Source: a virus
Length of the DNA: 64,000 nucleotides
Direction: 5' to 3' (one strand)
Virus record (IMG/VR): IMGVR_UViG_3300050821_003619
Location: 32,001-96,000 of that record
In this document: positions 37,079 to 47,460 of the stretch, piece after piece
Layout: each line of letters starts with the position of its first letter
Numbering within the stretch: the first letter of the stretch is position 1
Made by a program: the position numbers and the translations under genes
Notes under the pieces: generated by a model
What the model was told of the DNA's origin: nothing
The model's database searches: none
What the model saw: the letters and a program-made list of their open reading frames with translations, nothing else

Positions 37079-37801
37079 TCAGGATGCCAAGCTATCAAAT
37101 AACTTTACAGCTTTTGCTTTGAATTCTTCCAACGTAGAGTAGTTCTTCAAAATAGCTCCCCAGTCCCAATCGGGAACATCGGCCAGAGCTAATTCTGAAG
37201 CATGGACTCCAGCACTACCACTAAGAGAAGGCAGATTATTGCGATCCACCCTGATAGAGTACCCATGTTTTTCTACGAACTCCTTCTCATTGGGAAAACG
37301 CATATCAGAAATCAGAGCTACTTGCGGTTGCTCTTTAGAGATAATCTCAGCCAAACGATCTACCCAATAATTTGGATTAACATTGCGGCGGAATTCTGTG
37401 CCCCACCATTGCAAGAGTGTACGTTGTTTACCTAGAGGACACAATGGGTCATCCATCGGTGCATCCGGTTCAAATACCACCCACTCTGGCAGCTTAATGA
37501 AGTTGCCGTTCTCTTGGTAGAATTCCATCTCTGGATTACACAAGCGATCCATACCACCAGCATTAAGCGCAGCAGCAGTGACTTCTTCTTTGAGTGCGCG
37601 AGCGAATGAGTATGCTCGCGCATCGTAGAATGGACCTTTGTAATCACTTGAGAGATGGCCGGGATATTGACTTCCCCTGCGTTCAACTATAGTAGCTACG
37701 GCAGTGTCTTTACCTGAGCGAGCCCTATGTCCGAACCCGAGGATCAATGACTTAATCTCTGGTTCAACCTTGGCTTTGGGGCGAAGGGGTTCAGGAAGCA
37801 T
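37079..37801 (-). CDS. deoxynucleoside monophosphate kinase
   Basis: GxxRSGKDT, FAxxLK, RxLLQxxGTE, SDMRFxNE, HxSE. Confidence 0.9.
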   Translation of the reverse strand: MLPEPLRPKAKVEPEIKSLILGFGHRARSGKDTAVATIVERRGSQYPGHLSSDYKGPFYDARAYSFARALKEEVTAAALNAGGMDRLCNPEMEFYQENGNFIKLPEWVVFEPDAPMDDPLCPLGKQRTLLQWWGTEFRRNVNPNYWVDRLAEIISKEQPQVALISDMRFPNEKEFVEKHGYSIRVDRNNLPSLSGSAGVHASELALADVPDWDWGAILKNYSTLEEFKAKAVKLFDSLAS

Positions 37802-37961
37802 TATTGCTTTCTCCCTGAGCGTTGTTTACGCAGTGACACCTCAGCTTCTTCTTTGGTCAATCCATGGTTACCGGCACGAAACAACGTTACGCCGGGGATA
37901 ACAACTTCTCCGACACCGTAGGTACCGTCTGCATACTGACGAAAAACCAGTTCTACCTGAG

Positions 37962-38384
37962 TCATTTGGTCTCCTGTCTATCTACTGTTACAAGATTGTC
38001 CCATGCATAATTACTAAGCATTTTACGGATGACTTCTCCCTCAGCTTGCGTGAAGGTTGCTACATCCTTATGCGCTCCCACACGAGCGCTGCCCTTTTCG
38101 GTCTTAAGCGCGTATTGATGCGCCAACAAGGAACCGGCGAGGGTAAAAGCTGTGTAGAAGATTCCGGCACCAATGGCAGGCAGTACACCTAATTTACCTG
38201 ACAGGATGCCCATAAAGGCTCCTACAGCGAAAATCTGGGATACGAACCATACGCCATTGGAAAAGAAACCAGCGACGAGGTGCTTTGATAATGAGCCACT
38301 ATTACGTGCGCGAGACACGAACGTAAAAGCAAAGTTTTGGGCGATCAAAATGACCGCCCACATGAACCACATTTTTTCTGACAT
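37962..38384 (-). CDS. three-TM membrane protein
   Basis: QNxAFTxVSRARNS...SNGVWF; hydrophobic segments. Confidence 0.65.
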   Translation of the reverse strand: MSEKMWFMWAVILIAQNFAFTFVSRARNSGSLSKHLVAGFFSNGVWFVSQIFAVGAFMGILSGKLGVLPAIGAGIFYTAFTLAGSLLAHQYALKTEKGSARVGAHKDVATFTQAEGEVIRKMLSNYAWDNLVTVDRQETK

Positions 38385-38404
38385 GAGTCTGAGTCAATCT
38401 CCTG

Positions 38405-39853
38405 TTAAATGCGACCGAACTTCTCTTCATACTCAACTGCGAACTGAGCATATCCATTGGGTTCCTCACGTTGAACGTGTGTACAATCAATGAAGTATTG
38501 CCAAGTCTGAATCTGCTTGTCCGATACACCGAATAACCACTGACCGGCTGGAATTACTTCTAGCCCCCAGTTAACGCCTAGTTCGTTCTGCCCATTGAGA
38601 CTTCCGTTAGATAGAAGCCGAGGGAAAGAGACGGGGACGTGTATGTCACCGATGACGAAGCGGTCAAAGGTAGCTCCCTCCAATCCCGCATGGGCACGAT
38701 AGGTTGGAGAATCAAACAAGGCTCGTGTGTGATTGATGAACGACGAGATACTCTTTGCTTGAGCTTCTGGGCTGTTTTTGTAGCCCACTTCCATACCGTG
38801 GTTAAATCCATAACGATGTCCTCTGATGTTCTCAAATATGAACGGGCTCATTGTGTCATGGACTGTGATTCCCTTGTGCCCTTTGAATTTATCAATGAGC
38901 ATCTGGTAGATCAGCCAGTCAAACGTGCGCTGAGCTTGCAGCTTCGTAGGCATTTTGTGATCTTCCATCATTCGCATATGGTTTCCCACGCTGAACAACA
39001 GAACGATCTCTTCGATGACCCCTTCGTCAATCAAGGTCAAAAGGTCCTCGATAACGAAGCGAAGCATGTGATACGAGAAGTGAATCTGAGGAGCAATGAA
39101 AAGCGCGTTGCTCTTTGGGGCATCGTGCAAATCCCCGTTACCAATGTCTCCCAGAATAGGCACATATAGACGCTTAATCGGGTACATTGCACGGTGAAGA
39201 GCCAGAATCTTCTTGGCCTTCTGCACTGTGTATCCCATACGGTTCCCAGCAATCTGCAAATCAAATTCAGGAAACCCGCTGGTATCGGCAGTTCTGATTA
39301 CGTCACCGAAGTGGGTGTCAGAGATAACAAATACCGCATCTTCTGAGTGGGTAGACTTCACTGGAGGCTGAGCCTGAGGTTTCTGTGCTCTTACCAATGT
39401 GACCGGGGACTTAAAATCTCCCATGGCCTGTGTAAAGTCCTTAATGTTCTTTAGCAGGTCTTCCCATCCAGCATGGTTAGCGGAAAGATGCTCACGCATT
39501 GCTTTCTCAGCTTCCAACTGTTTACGAAGTCTAGCGATCTGGCGAGTCAGGGTAGCGTTTTGCTGCAAAACATAGCTCTGCAGGTTACCTGACGTATCGC
39601 CTATGGCAAACTGCGTTACTGCCTTGTCTTCTGCTTTGTCAGGTGCCGCTTGTAGTCTGTTTGCGACCTTTACTAATTTTTGTTCTTGAATGTAGCGTTG
39701 AATCTTTGTGGCACTTGTCGATCCGCATGAGAGATGTTCACGTAATCCATCTCTGGTCAGTTCTTCTCCCTCAGCTTCTATCGACTGGGCGTACGGTAGG
39801 GCTTTTTTAAGCAACTCTAACTCGTGCGCCGATAGCTCAACTTTCGGCATCAT
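38405..39853 (-). CDS. calcineurin-like metallophosphoesterase with N-terminal HTH/coiled coil
   Basis: ISDxH, LGD, GNH, HG, GDxH. Confidence 0.8.
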   Translation of the reverse strand: MMPKVELSAHELELLKKALPYAQSIEAEGEELTRDGLREHLSCGSTSATKIQRYIQEQKLVKVANRLQAAPDKAEDKAVTQFAIGDTSGNLQSYVLQQNATLTRQIARLRKQLEAEKAMREHLSANHAGWEDLLKNIKDFTQAMGDFKSPVTLVRAQKPQAQPPVKSTHSEDAVFVISDTHFGDVIRTADTSGFPEFDLQIAGNRMGYTVQKAKKILALHRAMYPIKRLYVPILGDIGNGDLHDAPKSNALFIAPQIHFSYHMLRFVIEDLLTLIDEGVIEEIVLLFSVGNHMRMMEDHKMPTKLQAQRTFDWLIYQMLIDKFKGHKGITVHDTMSPFIFENIRGHRYGFNHGMEVGYKNSPEAQAKSISSFINHTRALFDSPTYRAHAGLEGATFDRFVIGDIHVPVSFPRLLSNGSLNGQNELGVNWGLEVIPAGQWLFGVSDKQIQTWQYFIDCTHVQREEPNGYAQFAVEYEEKFGRI

Positions 39854-39925
39854 TCACCTTTTTTGGAAATCCTCTAAGAATTTAGAGGTAAAATTATGGT
39901 AACACGGGTTCGCTGAAAAGTCAAG

Positions 39926-40126
39926 CTAATTCTTAGGCGCAGGGCAGGTTGTACCTGAGTACGGCTGTCCATCATAGGTATATGTGCAGTGCTTTACTCG
40001 CATTTCATATCCTATAACGGCACCTGCTGCCGCACCTACCACTAAACCGGTAACTACCGGGTGGCGTCTGATTGTCGCGCATCCTGTCAAGGAGAGACAA
40101 AGGATGGCTACTAGTATCTTTTTCAT
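39926..40126 (-). CDS. small glycine-zipper lipoprotein
   Basis: lipobox LTGC; GxxxGxxxGxxxG. Confidence 0.65.
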   Translation of the reverse strand: MKKILVAILCLSLTGCATIRRHPVVTGLVVGAAAGAVIGYEMRVKHCTYTYDGQPYSGTTCPAPKN

Positions 40127-40440
40127 TGTTGATCCTGAGGAGGCACCGGAGCAGCGGCGTCTCGGGTTGGGGCTCCCTTAATTGCTGAGGCCACTTTCTT
40201 AGCTTGGTTTGCAGCGTATGCAGATTGGCCGGTAGCCACCCACGTAGCGGCTCCACCAAGATCAGGAAGGTGCCCTGTGCGAATAACGAGGTAGGTTATC
40301 CAGAAAGAAGCGATTACGATGCTAAAAGCTCCGGCATAGCGGCTGTAGGAACCTACACCATCTTCTGACAGAGCTTCTTTTATGTGCTGCGGTAAAATAG
40401 AGAAGAGCTTGCTTAGCAGCAACTTAAACTTGTTGATCAT
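40123..40440 (-). CDS. holin-like membrane protein
   Basis: S.SR followed by TM segments; downstream of the tail fibres. Confidence 0.5.
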   Translation of the reverse strand: MINKFKLLLSKLFSILPQHIKEALSEDGVGSYSRYAGAFSIVIASFWITYLVIRTGHLPDLGGAATWVATGQSAYAANQAKKVASAIKGAPTRDAAAPVPPQDQQ

Positions 40441-40441
40441 T

Positions 40442-40741
40442 TTACTTTTCCAGTCGTCCCATCAACGTACGCTGGTCGAGGTGCATATCACTGAGGGTTT
40501 TTGCTACGTCTTGTAGCACTGTCACTGTTGCTTGTGTATTTGCTTCAATGTGGGTGAGATGGTTAGTTCTTTGTGTTTGTAGTTCATCTTTCAAAACTAA
40601 TAATTGATTCTTAGCTTCAACCCATTCTTTCTTAACTTTTCTAAAAGGCCACAATAGGGCACCTCCTACTACGCCCACGACAGCGGACACAATAAGTTTA
40701 TCCGCTATCACCTCCACAAACGATGCTGGCATAAAAAACAT
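40442..40741 (-). CDS. holin/antiholin-like single-TM protein
   Basis: TM, coiled coil, NHLxH. Confidence 0.5.
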   Translation of the reverse strand: MFFMPASFVEVIADKLIVSAVVGVVGGALLWPFRKVKKEWVEAKNQLLVLKDELQTQRTNHLTHIEANTQATVTVLQDVAKTLSDMHLDQRTLMGRLEK

Positions 40742-40751
40742 CTTTCTTTTA

Positions 40752-42320
40752 TTAATTTTGAAACACTAGCAAATAATTTACTTTGTTTGTACCTGTACCA
40801 GTTACAGTTAAGGTAGTGTTAGTCACTACAAAACTCACACCGGCACCGGTTGGGTCTTGTACAAAAGCTATCGGAGGAGATGTGTTGGATGTGTTCTTAA
40901 ACGTGTACGTTGCTGTACCGCCTGATAAAGTCAGTTGTCCAACAAAATCAGTGTTACCCGGAGCAGAAGCTGCTGTATGTGTTAGTCGTAAAGCCTGCCC
41001 CAAAATCAGTGGTCCCTGTAATTCTGTATAAGAACTGTCTTGAGCTACTGATTGAACAAAAATAGCACGGTCTCTATGGTCGGTTCCGTAGTCATTTATG
41101 TAGACACCAGCTATCCCATCAGGATACCGCGCAGCATTCTGCACACCTTCTACGTATATGTTAGCTCCAGATATACCAGATGTTGCCGAGCTATCATTAT
41201 GTGATTTAAAATACGCTCCCACTAACCAACTTGCCGGTGAAGTAGTAGAGTTTGCCATTTCACAACGCAAAACAGATGCTGTGTACGGTCCTCCAACTAC
41301 TGAACCAGAACTTGCTCTAAATGTCGTTAATCGTAGGGCATTTACTCCATATTGATTAGGATATGTGAGTTGATTAGTGTTCCCAAGATATAGCTCAAAT
41401 GAAGCAGTGCTTATTTCAGAGTCAGGGGAACCAAACATAGTAGGTGCCCCATATAAATCTAGCTCGCCTTGTATACCCGCTATGCCCTTATGACTAGAAG
41501 TATCGGCAGAGGGAGTTTGCGTGGTAAAATACATCGCTCTGTCTTGGTTATTCTGGTCTGTGCCACTCCCTGTGGTATGAAAAATTGTAAATGCAGCATT
41601 CTTACCGTATAAAGGAGTTTGACCGGTATCATTGATGCCGACTTTGTTATAAAACACTACAGTAGCATTTTGTGTTCCAGCTACTAGGGTCTCTATACCC
41701 ATCAACGCACGCCAAGCATTGTTCTGATCCTGAAACCACCAAAATGGATTGTTTCCATTCCCTGTTGGTGCTGCACTTACTGCGCCGGGTGGAGCAGTTT
41801 GAGCAGTATTAGGAGAAAGTATTCTATTGCTAGTTGCCCCTGAGGTAATCTGGCTTTGAACCCAAGCCGTAGTAGCTATGGACGTAGAATTGTCAGATGA
41901 CAACACCGTAGGTGCCGTGGGCGTACCAGTCAACGCAGGTGAAGCAAGAGTTGCAAAATTCTGTCCTTTAACAAATGCTGTAGTAGCAATAAGTGTTGAA
42001 GAGTCAGACAGTGTAGGGGTAGGTGCAGTAGGTGTACCAGTTAGTGCCGGTGAAGCTAAGGGAGCCGCCCCTGTAATCTGAGCAACTACATAGTCTCCGG
42101 CAGAAGATACAACTGTACCAAAACGACCAAATACGCTATTAACTGCTCCTGTGCCTGCTCCTCCAGAATATCCTTGTCCTTTTACCCAAGCTGTGGTGGC
42201 AACTTGTGTAGAGTTGTCGGATAAAGGGGGAGACTGTGGTAAAGCTGTGCTGCTCAAGTCTGAAATAGTTTGTGGTATAGTTACAACAGTTACGTCACCA
42301 TTGCGAAAAACTTGGCTCAC
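40752..42320 (-). CDS. tail fibre/receptor-binding protein
   Basis: repeated LASPALTGTPTAPT...DxSTxxATTAxV; VNSVFGRxGxV. Confidence 0.8.
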   Translation of the reverse strand: MSQVFRNGDVTVVTIPQTISDLSSTALPQSPPLSDNSTQVATTAWVKGQGYSGGAGTGAVNSVFGRFGTVVSSAGDYVVAQITGAAPLASPALTGTPTAPTPTLSDSSTLIATTAFVKGQNFATLASPALTGTPTAPTVLSSDNSTSIATTAWVQSQITSGATSNRILSPNTAQTAPPGAVSAAPTGNGNNPFWWFQDQNNAWRALMGIETLVAGTQNATVVFYNKVGINDTGQTPLYGKNAAFTIFHTTGSGTDQNNQDRAMYFTTQTPSADTSSHKGIAGIQGELDLYGAPTMFGSPDSEISTASFELYLGNTNQLTYPNQYGVNALRLTTFRASSGSVVGGPYTASVLRCEMANSTTSPASWLVGAYFKSHNDSSATSGISGANIYVEGVQNAARYPDGIAGVYINDYGTDHRDRAIFVQSVAQDSSYTELQGPLILGQALRLTHTAASAPGNTDFVGQLTLSGGTATYTFKNTSNTSPPIAFVQDPTGAGVSFVVTNTTLTVTGTGTNKVNYLLVFQN

Positions 42321-42404
42321 AAAGATTTCTTTCCGAATCTAAAAATGTGTAACTAGACCTAACCCAATGAAGTTTCCACTGGGTTAGGACTTGAAAATAG
42401 AGGA

Positions 42405-44873
42405 CTATAGTGCCTCTAATTTTATATGCAGTTCATACACCATTTGTCCGGGCGTATTTGAAGTGTAGCCATACTGATATTGAATAGCTGTCCCTGTTTT
42501 AGCATAAACAATAATAGACCCACCAAGAGCGGTGCCCGTTGTGTTTGCTGCCGATGTAATAGAGTTCCCAGCTACCGTAGTCTTGACCACAGAATCTGTA
42601 GGAGAGGTAAATACTACTTGGAATCCATTTGCTCCACCAAGAGTTGAGGATGACCCATCAGCGGTAGTAATGTCCGCTGACCATGAAATTCTGTACATAC
42701 CTGATCTTGGTGCTGAAGCAATTAGGTTAGTAGCAGAAATTGCCGCAGATTGAGCAGTCAAATCAACAGTAACAATCTCTGAAGGTACACCTTGAGATAC
42801 TGTAGCTGTACCTCCATAAGAGGTAATTGTGCCCAACTGAAGGTTACCGGTAATGTTCCCGGCACTTCCATTGCCTATACCTACCACTCCAGCAGAGATT
42901 CTTGATAAACCAGTATCACTGTTCCATGCAATAGTTGTTGCTGATGGAAGAGCTAAACTAGTAGAACCAGATGATCCAGAGTGAACAAAAGTAAGTGCAC
43001 TAGCACCGTTTGTTCCGTTGGATATTATGTTCTGTATAGCCCATGAATCTGTAGACGAAACTGTTCCATTCCAGTAATTGCCCTGAAGAGACAAATTAGG
43101 GCTACTTTGAGAAGTAGCAGCATTTGCCAAAGTAAGACTCATAACAGTTACAGCAGAAGAGATGGATGGTATGGATAAAGTAGCATTTCCGGTTGATCCG
43201 TTGTGAGATACAGTTAATGTGCTATTAGAATTGTCTACTCCATTCGTTCCTACAACGTTTTGTATAGTCCACGAGTCAGTGGCCGAAGCTGTTCCGTTCC
43301 AATATGTACCATTTAAATTAAACACTGGGGAACTGCTATTTGTTTGAGTTCCTCCAATTAAAAACGCTGCAATAGGAGAACCAACAGTTTTTCCGTTGTT
43401 AGTAATAGTCCATGTTGGATTATAGGTTGTTCCAGAAATTCCAGTTAGCAAGTAAGACGCTGATCCACACTCAGAGGTTGTGACTGCTTGTGTATCTGGT
43501 GTGCTAAATCCTTCATTTATGGTTGATACCATACCGTTAGTGGCATTATCACAACCAAAACCTGATACAATTACCGCTGCTCCTGTAGGAACAACCGATG
43601 CACTAACAAACCCTGTATTTGCTTGAGTATTAAGGCCGGTTGAAGCGTTAAGTACCGTAGCGTCTGTTACCATTCCAGAAAATGCGTACACTATACCAAA
43701 AGGGGCCGTTCCTCCTGTCAATGTAAAAGTATGGCCTGACCCTACCGTAGCATTAAATGCATAAGCAATTCTAGTAAGACTTGAGTTTGCTCCAGAAAAA
43801 TTAGGTAAAAAATTCCAAGTATTTCCTTTAGAATCTGATATAGATGTCCCAGAAATAGCGCAGATAACAGCAACTAGTAAATTAGCACCAGTAGTATTTA
43901 TGGCACTAGAAGCAGAAGTTCCGGTCCATACTCTACTAGCTACAAAACCAGCCGTACCAGAAAAAGTGGCTGGCGTAGTATTCGCCCAAGTCCAATTCAC
44001 TGGGGAAGTCTGATTAAACGTAGTTGCGTTCCCTGCATTTGCAAGGGTTAATGCTCCGCTTGCGTTTCCAATTTGATTCCACAACACTGCGCCAGAAGGT
44101 ATATCTGCGCTTACTAGTGCTCTGAACGTAGGTGCCGCTGCGCCACCAGAGGTTGGTCCAGCAAAAACAGTATTTGCTGTTTGATTCTGAGGCGTAGGAA
44201 TAGTTAAAGTCCCTGCTGCCGATGCTAATTGTAGGGAGCTTGCATAAATTACGCCATCTCCAGCTAGTTGTCCAGCCAAAACATTTGAAGTAGTTGGCAA
44301 AGTCAACGTAGGGGTGGCAGCATTAGCGGGTGCCGTAAGAGTATACTTACCAGAAGCTGTAGAACTAGCTAAGGCAATGGTTCCTGTTGATGTTCCGGGT
44401 ATGCCCAACACAGGAGCGATTGTATAAGAAGGCGCAGCCGCTGATGTGGTGTTGTTTCCAAATACTGTACCCCCACCGGCATTGCTAAGTGTAAACGTTA
44501 GTGCAGGTGTAGTTGTAGGGGTGGCTACGCTGGTAGTAAATAGTGGAGACAAATTACCAGAAGAGAATGAGCTAACTGTACCAGAACTTAAAGGTACATA
44601 GGCAGATACGCTTGAACCTGATACTTGCCACGTAACATTGACATTACCACCCGGAGCGGCTGGAGTTGTGCCATTGAAGTTAGGGTTAGTAACTTGGCTA
44701 CCGTTTACGTTTACCGAGCCACCCCCACCTCCACCTGCAGCGAACACATCAATTAACCAAAAATTCTCTGCAACTGTAGGGTCCATGCCTGCTAAAGATA
44801 GACCTAAATTTGGCGTTAGAGGGCTTCCTTTCCCTATGTAACTTGGCGGTAAACCATCATATCCGATTGGCAT
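42405..44873 (-). CDS. tail fibre/spike-like structural protein
   Basis: Ser/Thr/Gly-rich; ANTVFAGPTSGxAAAPTFRALV; repeated GxYWNGTxSxTDSW. Confidence 0.7.
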   Translation of the reverse strand: MPIGYDGLPPSYIGKGSPLTPNLGLSLAGMDPTVAENFWLIDVFAAGGGGGGSVNVNGSQVTNPNFNGTTPAAPGGNVNVTWQVSGSSVSAYVPLSSGTVSSFSSGNLSPLFTTSVATPTTTPALTFTLSNAGGGTVFGNNTTSAAAPSYTIAPVLGIPGTSTGTIALASSTASGKYTLTAPANAATPTLTLPTTSNVLAGQLAGDGVIYASSLQLASAAGTLTIPTPQNQTANTVFAGPTSGGAAAPTFRALVSADIPSGAVLWNQIGNASGALTLANAGNATTFNQTSPVNWTWANTTPATFSGTAGFVASRVWTGTSASSAINTTGANLLVAVICAISGTSISDSKGNTWNFLPNFSGANSSLTRIAYAFNATVGSGHTFTLTGGTAPFGIVYAFSGMVTDATVLNASTGLNTQANTGFVSASVVPTGAAVIVSGFGCDNATNGMVSTINEGFSTPDTQAVTTSECGSASYLLTGISGTTYNPTWTITNNGKTVGSPIAAFLIGGTQTNSSSPVFNLNGTYWNGTASATDSWTIQNVVGTNGVDNSNSTLTVSHNGSTGNATLSIPSISSAVTVMSLTLANAATSQSSPNLSLQGNYWNGTVSSTDSWAIQNIISNGTNGASALTFVHSGSSGSTSLALPSATTIAWNSDTGLSRISAGVVGIGNGSAGNITGNLQLGTITSYGGTATVSQGVPSEIVTVDLTAQSAAISATNLIASAPRSGMYRISWSADITTADGSSSTLGGANGFQVVFTSPTDSVVKTTVAGNSITSAANTTGTALGGSIIVYAKTGTAIQYQYGYTSNTPGQMVYELHIKLEAL

Positions 44874-44887
44874 GTCATTCTCCTACC

Positions 44888-45409
44888 TTAAGTGTTGTTG
44901 CTTTGTACAAAGCGTCGTAGTGGGTTCTTATTTCCATCTGTGTTATTTACTACTTCTTTTGGGGACGAACCATCTAGAACTAATTGTTCTTCGGTTTGAA
45001 GATTGTCCTTGGATTTTCTTAAGGTTTCAGCAACCGCTAAGCTATCCTGTGCAGCTTTTAAAGCTTGCTCGTGCATAAATTGCAGTTCAGAAATTTTCTG
45101 CTTTAATTCAGCCGCTAGCTTTTCATCATGTTGTTTTTTGGACAATGAAGAGTTTAACTTCTGTTCTTCTAAAATACGTCTTTCAGTTTCTTGTTTCTCT
45201 ATGCTCTTTGCTAAGGCAATGGCTTCTCGTTCTTTTTGTCGATGAGCTTCTTCTGCTTTTCTGTATACTTCCTCGGCAGCTATGCGACTACGTTCTTTTT
45301 CTAATTTAGCCTGTTCCAGCTTAGCAGTGGCTTGAGCTATCAAATCTTGTTCTTCTTTTATTTGTTCTGAAACTGCCTGCTCAATTTGCTGTTGTATCTT
45401 ATCTAGCAT
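44888..45409 (-). CDS. charged coiled-coil protein
   Basis: E/K/Q-rich; AGGAG RBS. Confidence 0.6.
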   Translation of the reverse strand: MLDKIQQQIEQAVSEQIKEEQDLIAQATAKLEQAKLEKERSRIAAEEVYRKAEEAHRQKEREAIALAKSIEKQETERRILEEQKLNSSLSKKQHDEKLAAELKQKISELQFMHEQALKAAQDSLAVAETLRKSKDNLQTEEQLVLDGSSPKEVVNNTDGNKNPLRRFVQSNNT

Positions 45410-45426
45410 TGTTTCTCTCCTGAGTC

Positions 45427-45451
45427 AAAAAGAAAGGCCCCGAAGGGCCTT
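45427..45451 (-). terminator. intrinsic terminator with UUCG loop
   Basis: AAGGCCC-TTCG-GGGCCTT-TCTTTTT on the minus strand. Confidence 0.75.
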
Positions 45452-45454
45452 ATC

Positions 45455-46165
45455 TTAGCAAGTGATCTTTGCTACAACTTTATTGTTAACTCCACCTGTT
45501 ACGTTTGCATAACGTACACGGTAGAATCTATAGGCCGAATCAGCAACTTCCAAAGTTGGTCCCGTTCCCGGTGAACCAGAATTGGTAATAACTCCAATAT
45601 CTTCGTATTCACTGTCAATGTCGAAGATTGAACCTTGCAGATACGCAGTAGCTGTAGTTGGGCTGCCTGTAAAACGTACTGTAGCATTTACAGTCTTGCT
45701 TTGATTAGCCATCAACTGGGTTGATGGGACAGCGACTGGAACAGTGGCTGTGTTATTAACCAAAGCTTCACCAATTTCAGAACGAGGTATTATTACCTGT
45801 CCCGCATCTGCTGTGCCTGAGGCAACTGTTCCAGATGTCTTAGTGAATGTAACAGTTACTACTCCATTTTGTACACCCGAAGCATCTACACCAGCAGAGA
45901 CGGTCAGAATAGACGCATTAGTTACGTTAAAGTGTCCGCTATCGTTGCTGGTACCGACTACGGTAATCAAGTCTCCAACCAAAGGCACGTTGCCTTGAGT
46001 GGTCATATAGGTTAGTGTACCTGTAGTGGTCACAGATGAATCAGAAATAACAAACCCCTGAGTAGGGGCCGATTTGTCATCAAACGAGCCTGAAACATAG
46101 TATGGAATACCCGCAATCAATAGCGCGGGTACAGGCTTAAACGGCGATGTAACATATGCTGGCAT
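45455..46165 (-). CDS. virion structural protein (beta-rich)
   Basis: Thr/Val/Gly-rich; structural context. Confidence 0.55.
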   Translation of the reverse strand: MPAYVTSPFKPVPALLIAGIPYYVSGSFDDKSAPTQGFVISDSSVTTTGTLTYMTTQGNVPLVGDLITVVGTSNDSGHFNVTNASILTVSAGVDASGVQNGVVTVTFTKTSGTVASGTADAGQVIIPRSEIGEALVNNTATVPVAVPSTQLMANQSKTVNATVRFTGSPTTATAYLQGSIFDIDSEYEDIGVITNSGSPGTGPTLEVADSAYRFYRVRYANVTGGVNNKVVAKITC

Positions 46166-46206
46166 AAATTAATTCACTCCGACCGGATATACGGTCTCCT
46201 TCACGG

Positions 46207-46566
46207 TTATTGTTGGCTTGTAGAACGGCAGGCACCGGCACTTACTGTCACCGAGGTACCATCATTAATTGTAACTGTTAACTGTGCAGTATTGCCGTTT
46301 CCTGACACAGCCGTAACTACACCCGGCAACGTAAACTGTCCGTTACCGATTGCACCCACCAAGTCTCCTGTTGGTTGACTAGTTACCGTCACAGAAGACG
46401 GTTCTGGTGCTAATACGTTGGCAGATTTGCATGAGATGCTGTCATTGAACAACGAGGTAAACGTAACAGTGGCAGTTGCACCTGTGCCTGATACGGTTCC
46501 GCTACCAACAATGGTTACGGAATCTCCTACTGCTACCACTTTCCCATCGGCTGAAAACGCGCTCAT
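46207..46566 (-). CDS. small beta-rich structural protein with internal repeat
   Basis: VSGxGxTAxxTxT twice; DGKxVxVGD motif resembling 62154..62369. Confidence 0.5.
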   Translation of the reverse strand: MSAFSADGKVVAVGDSVTIVGSGTVSGTGATATVTFTSLFNDSISCKSANVLAPEPSSVTVTSQPTGDLVGAIGNGQFTLPGVVTAVSGNGNTAQLTVTINDGTSVTVSAGACRSTSQQ

Positions 46567-46568
46567 AG

Positions 46569-47450
46569 TTATTTTCCTTTATCAGCAACGGTGTCATTGA
46601 TCTTGTTTGCCTTGCTGTCTTTAAATATAATCTTGTATTCTAGGTCCCCGTGATCTTGGCTTAGCATTATGATTCCACCCGGCTCAACAGAATCGGGAGA
46701 ATCATTGGTGCTTTCCAAGGTATTGGAATCTTGAGTTTTTTGTTCTTGCACGTATCTCTGTAGCTGCTTAATATTGGAATTGTGCATTACCAATAGCAAC
46801 GCACCGGTATTACGAGCTTTGCAGATGAAGTGTTCAAGAGCTTCATCACAACGGTTCTCAAACTGGTAGTGGCTTTCGCCCTCCGGCACTTTACGGTGTG
46901 GATGCTCTTTAAACCAGTTTAGCTTTTCTTTGTTTTCTTCAGTTTTCTCTTGTCCGTTGTATACACCTTTGTTCCACGTACGCATACGAACATCTGTTAC
47001 GATTTCATTATTGCTTAACCCGAGAGCTTTAGCTAGAATTTTAGCCGTCTCCATCGTGCGCTTCATATCCGAAGCTATAATGTATCGTATACCCTTATTC
47101 TTCAGCTTATCGGCGGCTTCTTCTGCATCTTTAATACCGGCTGGGTCAATCTCAGCGTTCTCCCAACCCCCAATTAAATGGTCAGCCGCGTCTTCTCCGT
47201 GACGCACAGCGTACAGAAGAACGCGCTTAGGAGAACGGAAATATCCACAACACCAGTTGTCTCTAACTGGTTTGGGCTCCCCGTGTGGTCCCACCACCTC
47301 TGGATCAATTTGAACCACAGGATGGTGGCAATGGTCGTGTTTGTACCAAATGCAGTTGTGGCATTCTCGTGGTGGCTGGTTCTCTTCATTCGTAACCAAT
47401 CCACTCATCTTTGTGCCATCAATCTGCACTAATTTCCAATCTTCGGCCAT
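46569..47450 (-). CDS. histidine phosphatase with N-terminal Cys-rich (HiPIP-like) domain
   Basis: VRHGE, SDxxRxxET, PxGES, H; N-terminal CxxC..Y...C...WC. Confidence 0.75.
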   Translation of the reverse strand: MAEDWKLVQIDGTKMSGLVTNEENQPPRECHNCIWYKHDHCHHPVVQIDPEVVGPHGEPKPVRDNWCCGYFRSPKRVLLYAVRHGEDAADHLIGGWENAEIDPAGIKDAEEAADKLKNKGIRYIIASDMKRTMETAKILAKALGLSNNEIVTDVRMRTWNKGVYNGQEKTEENKEKLNWFKEHPHRKVPEGESHYQFENRCDEALEHFICKARNTGALLLVMHNSNIKQLQRYVQEQKTQDSNTLESTNDSPDSVEPGGIIMLSQDHGDLEYKIIFKDSKANKINDTVADKGK

Positions 47451-47460
47451 TGCCTTCTCC

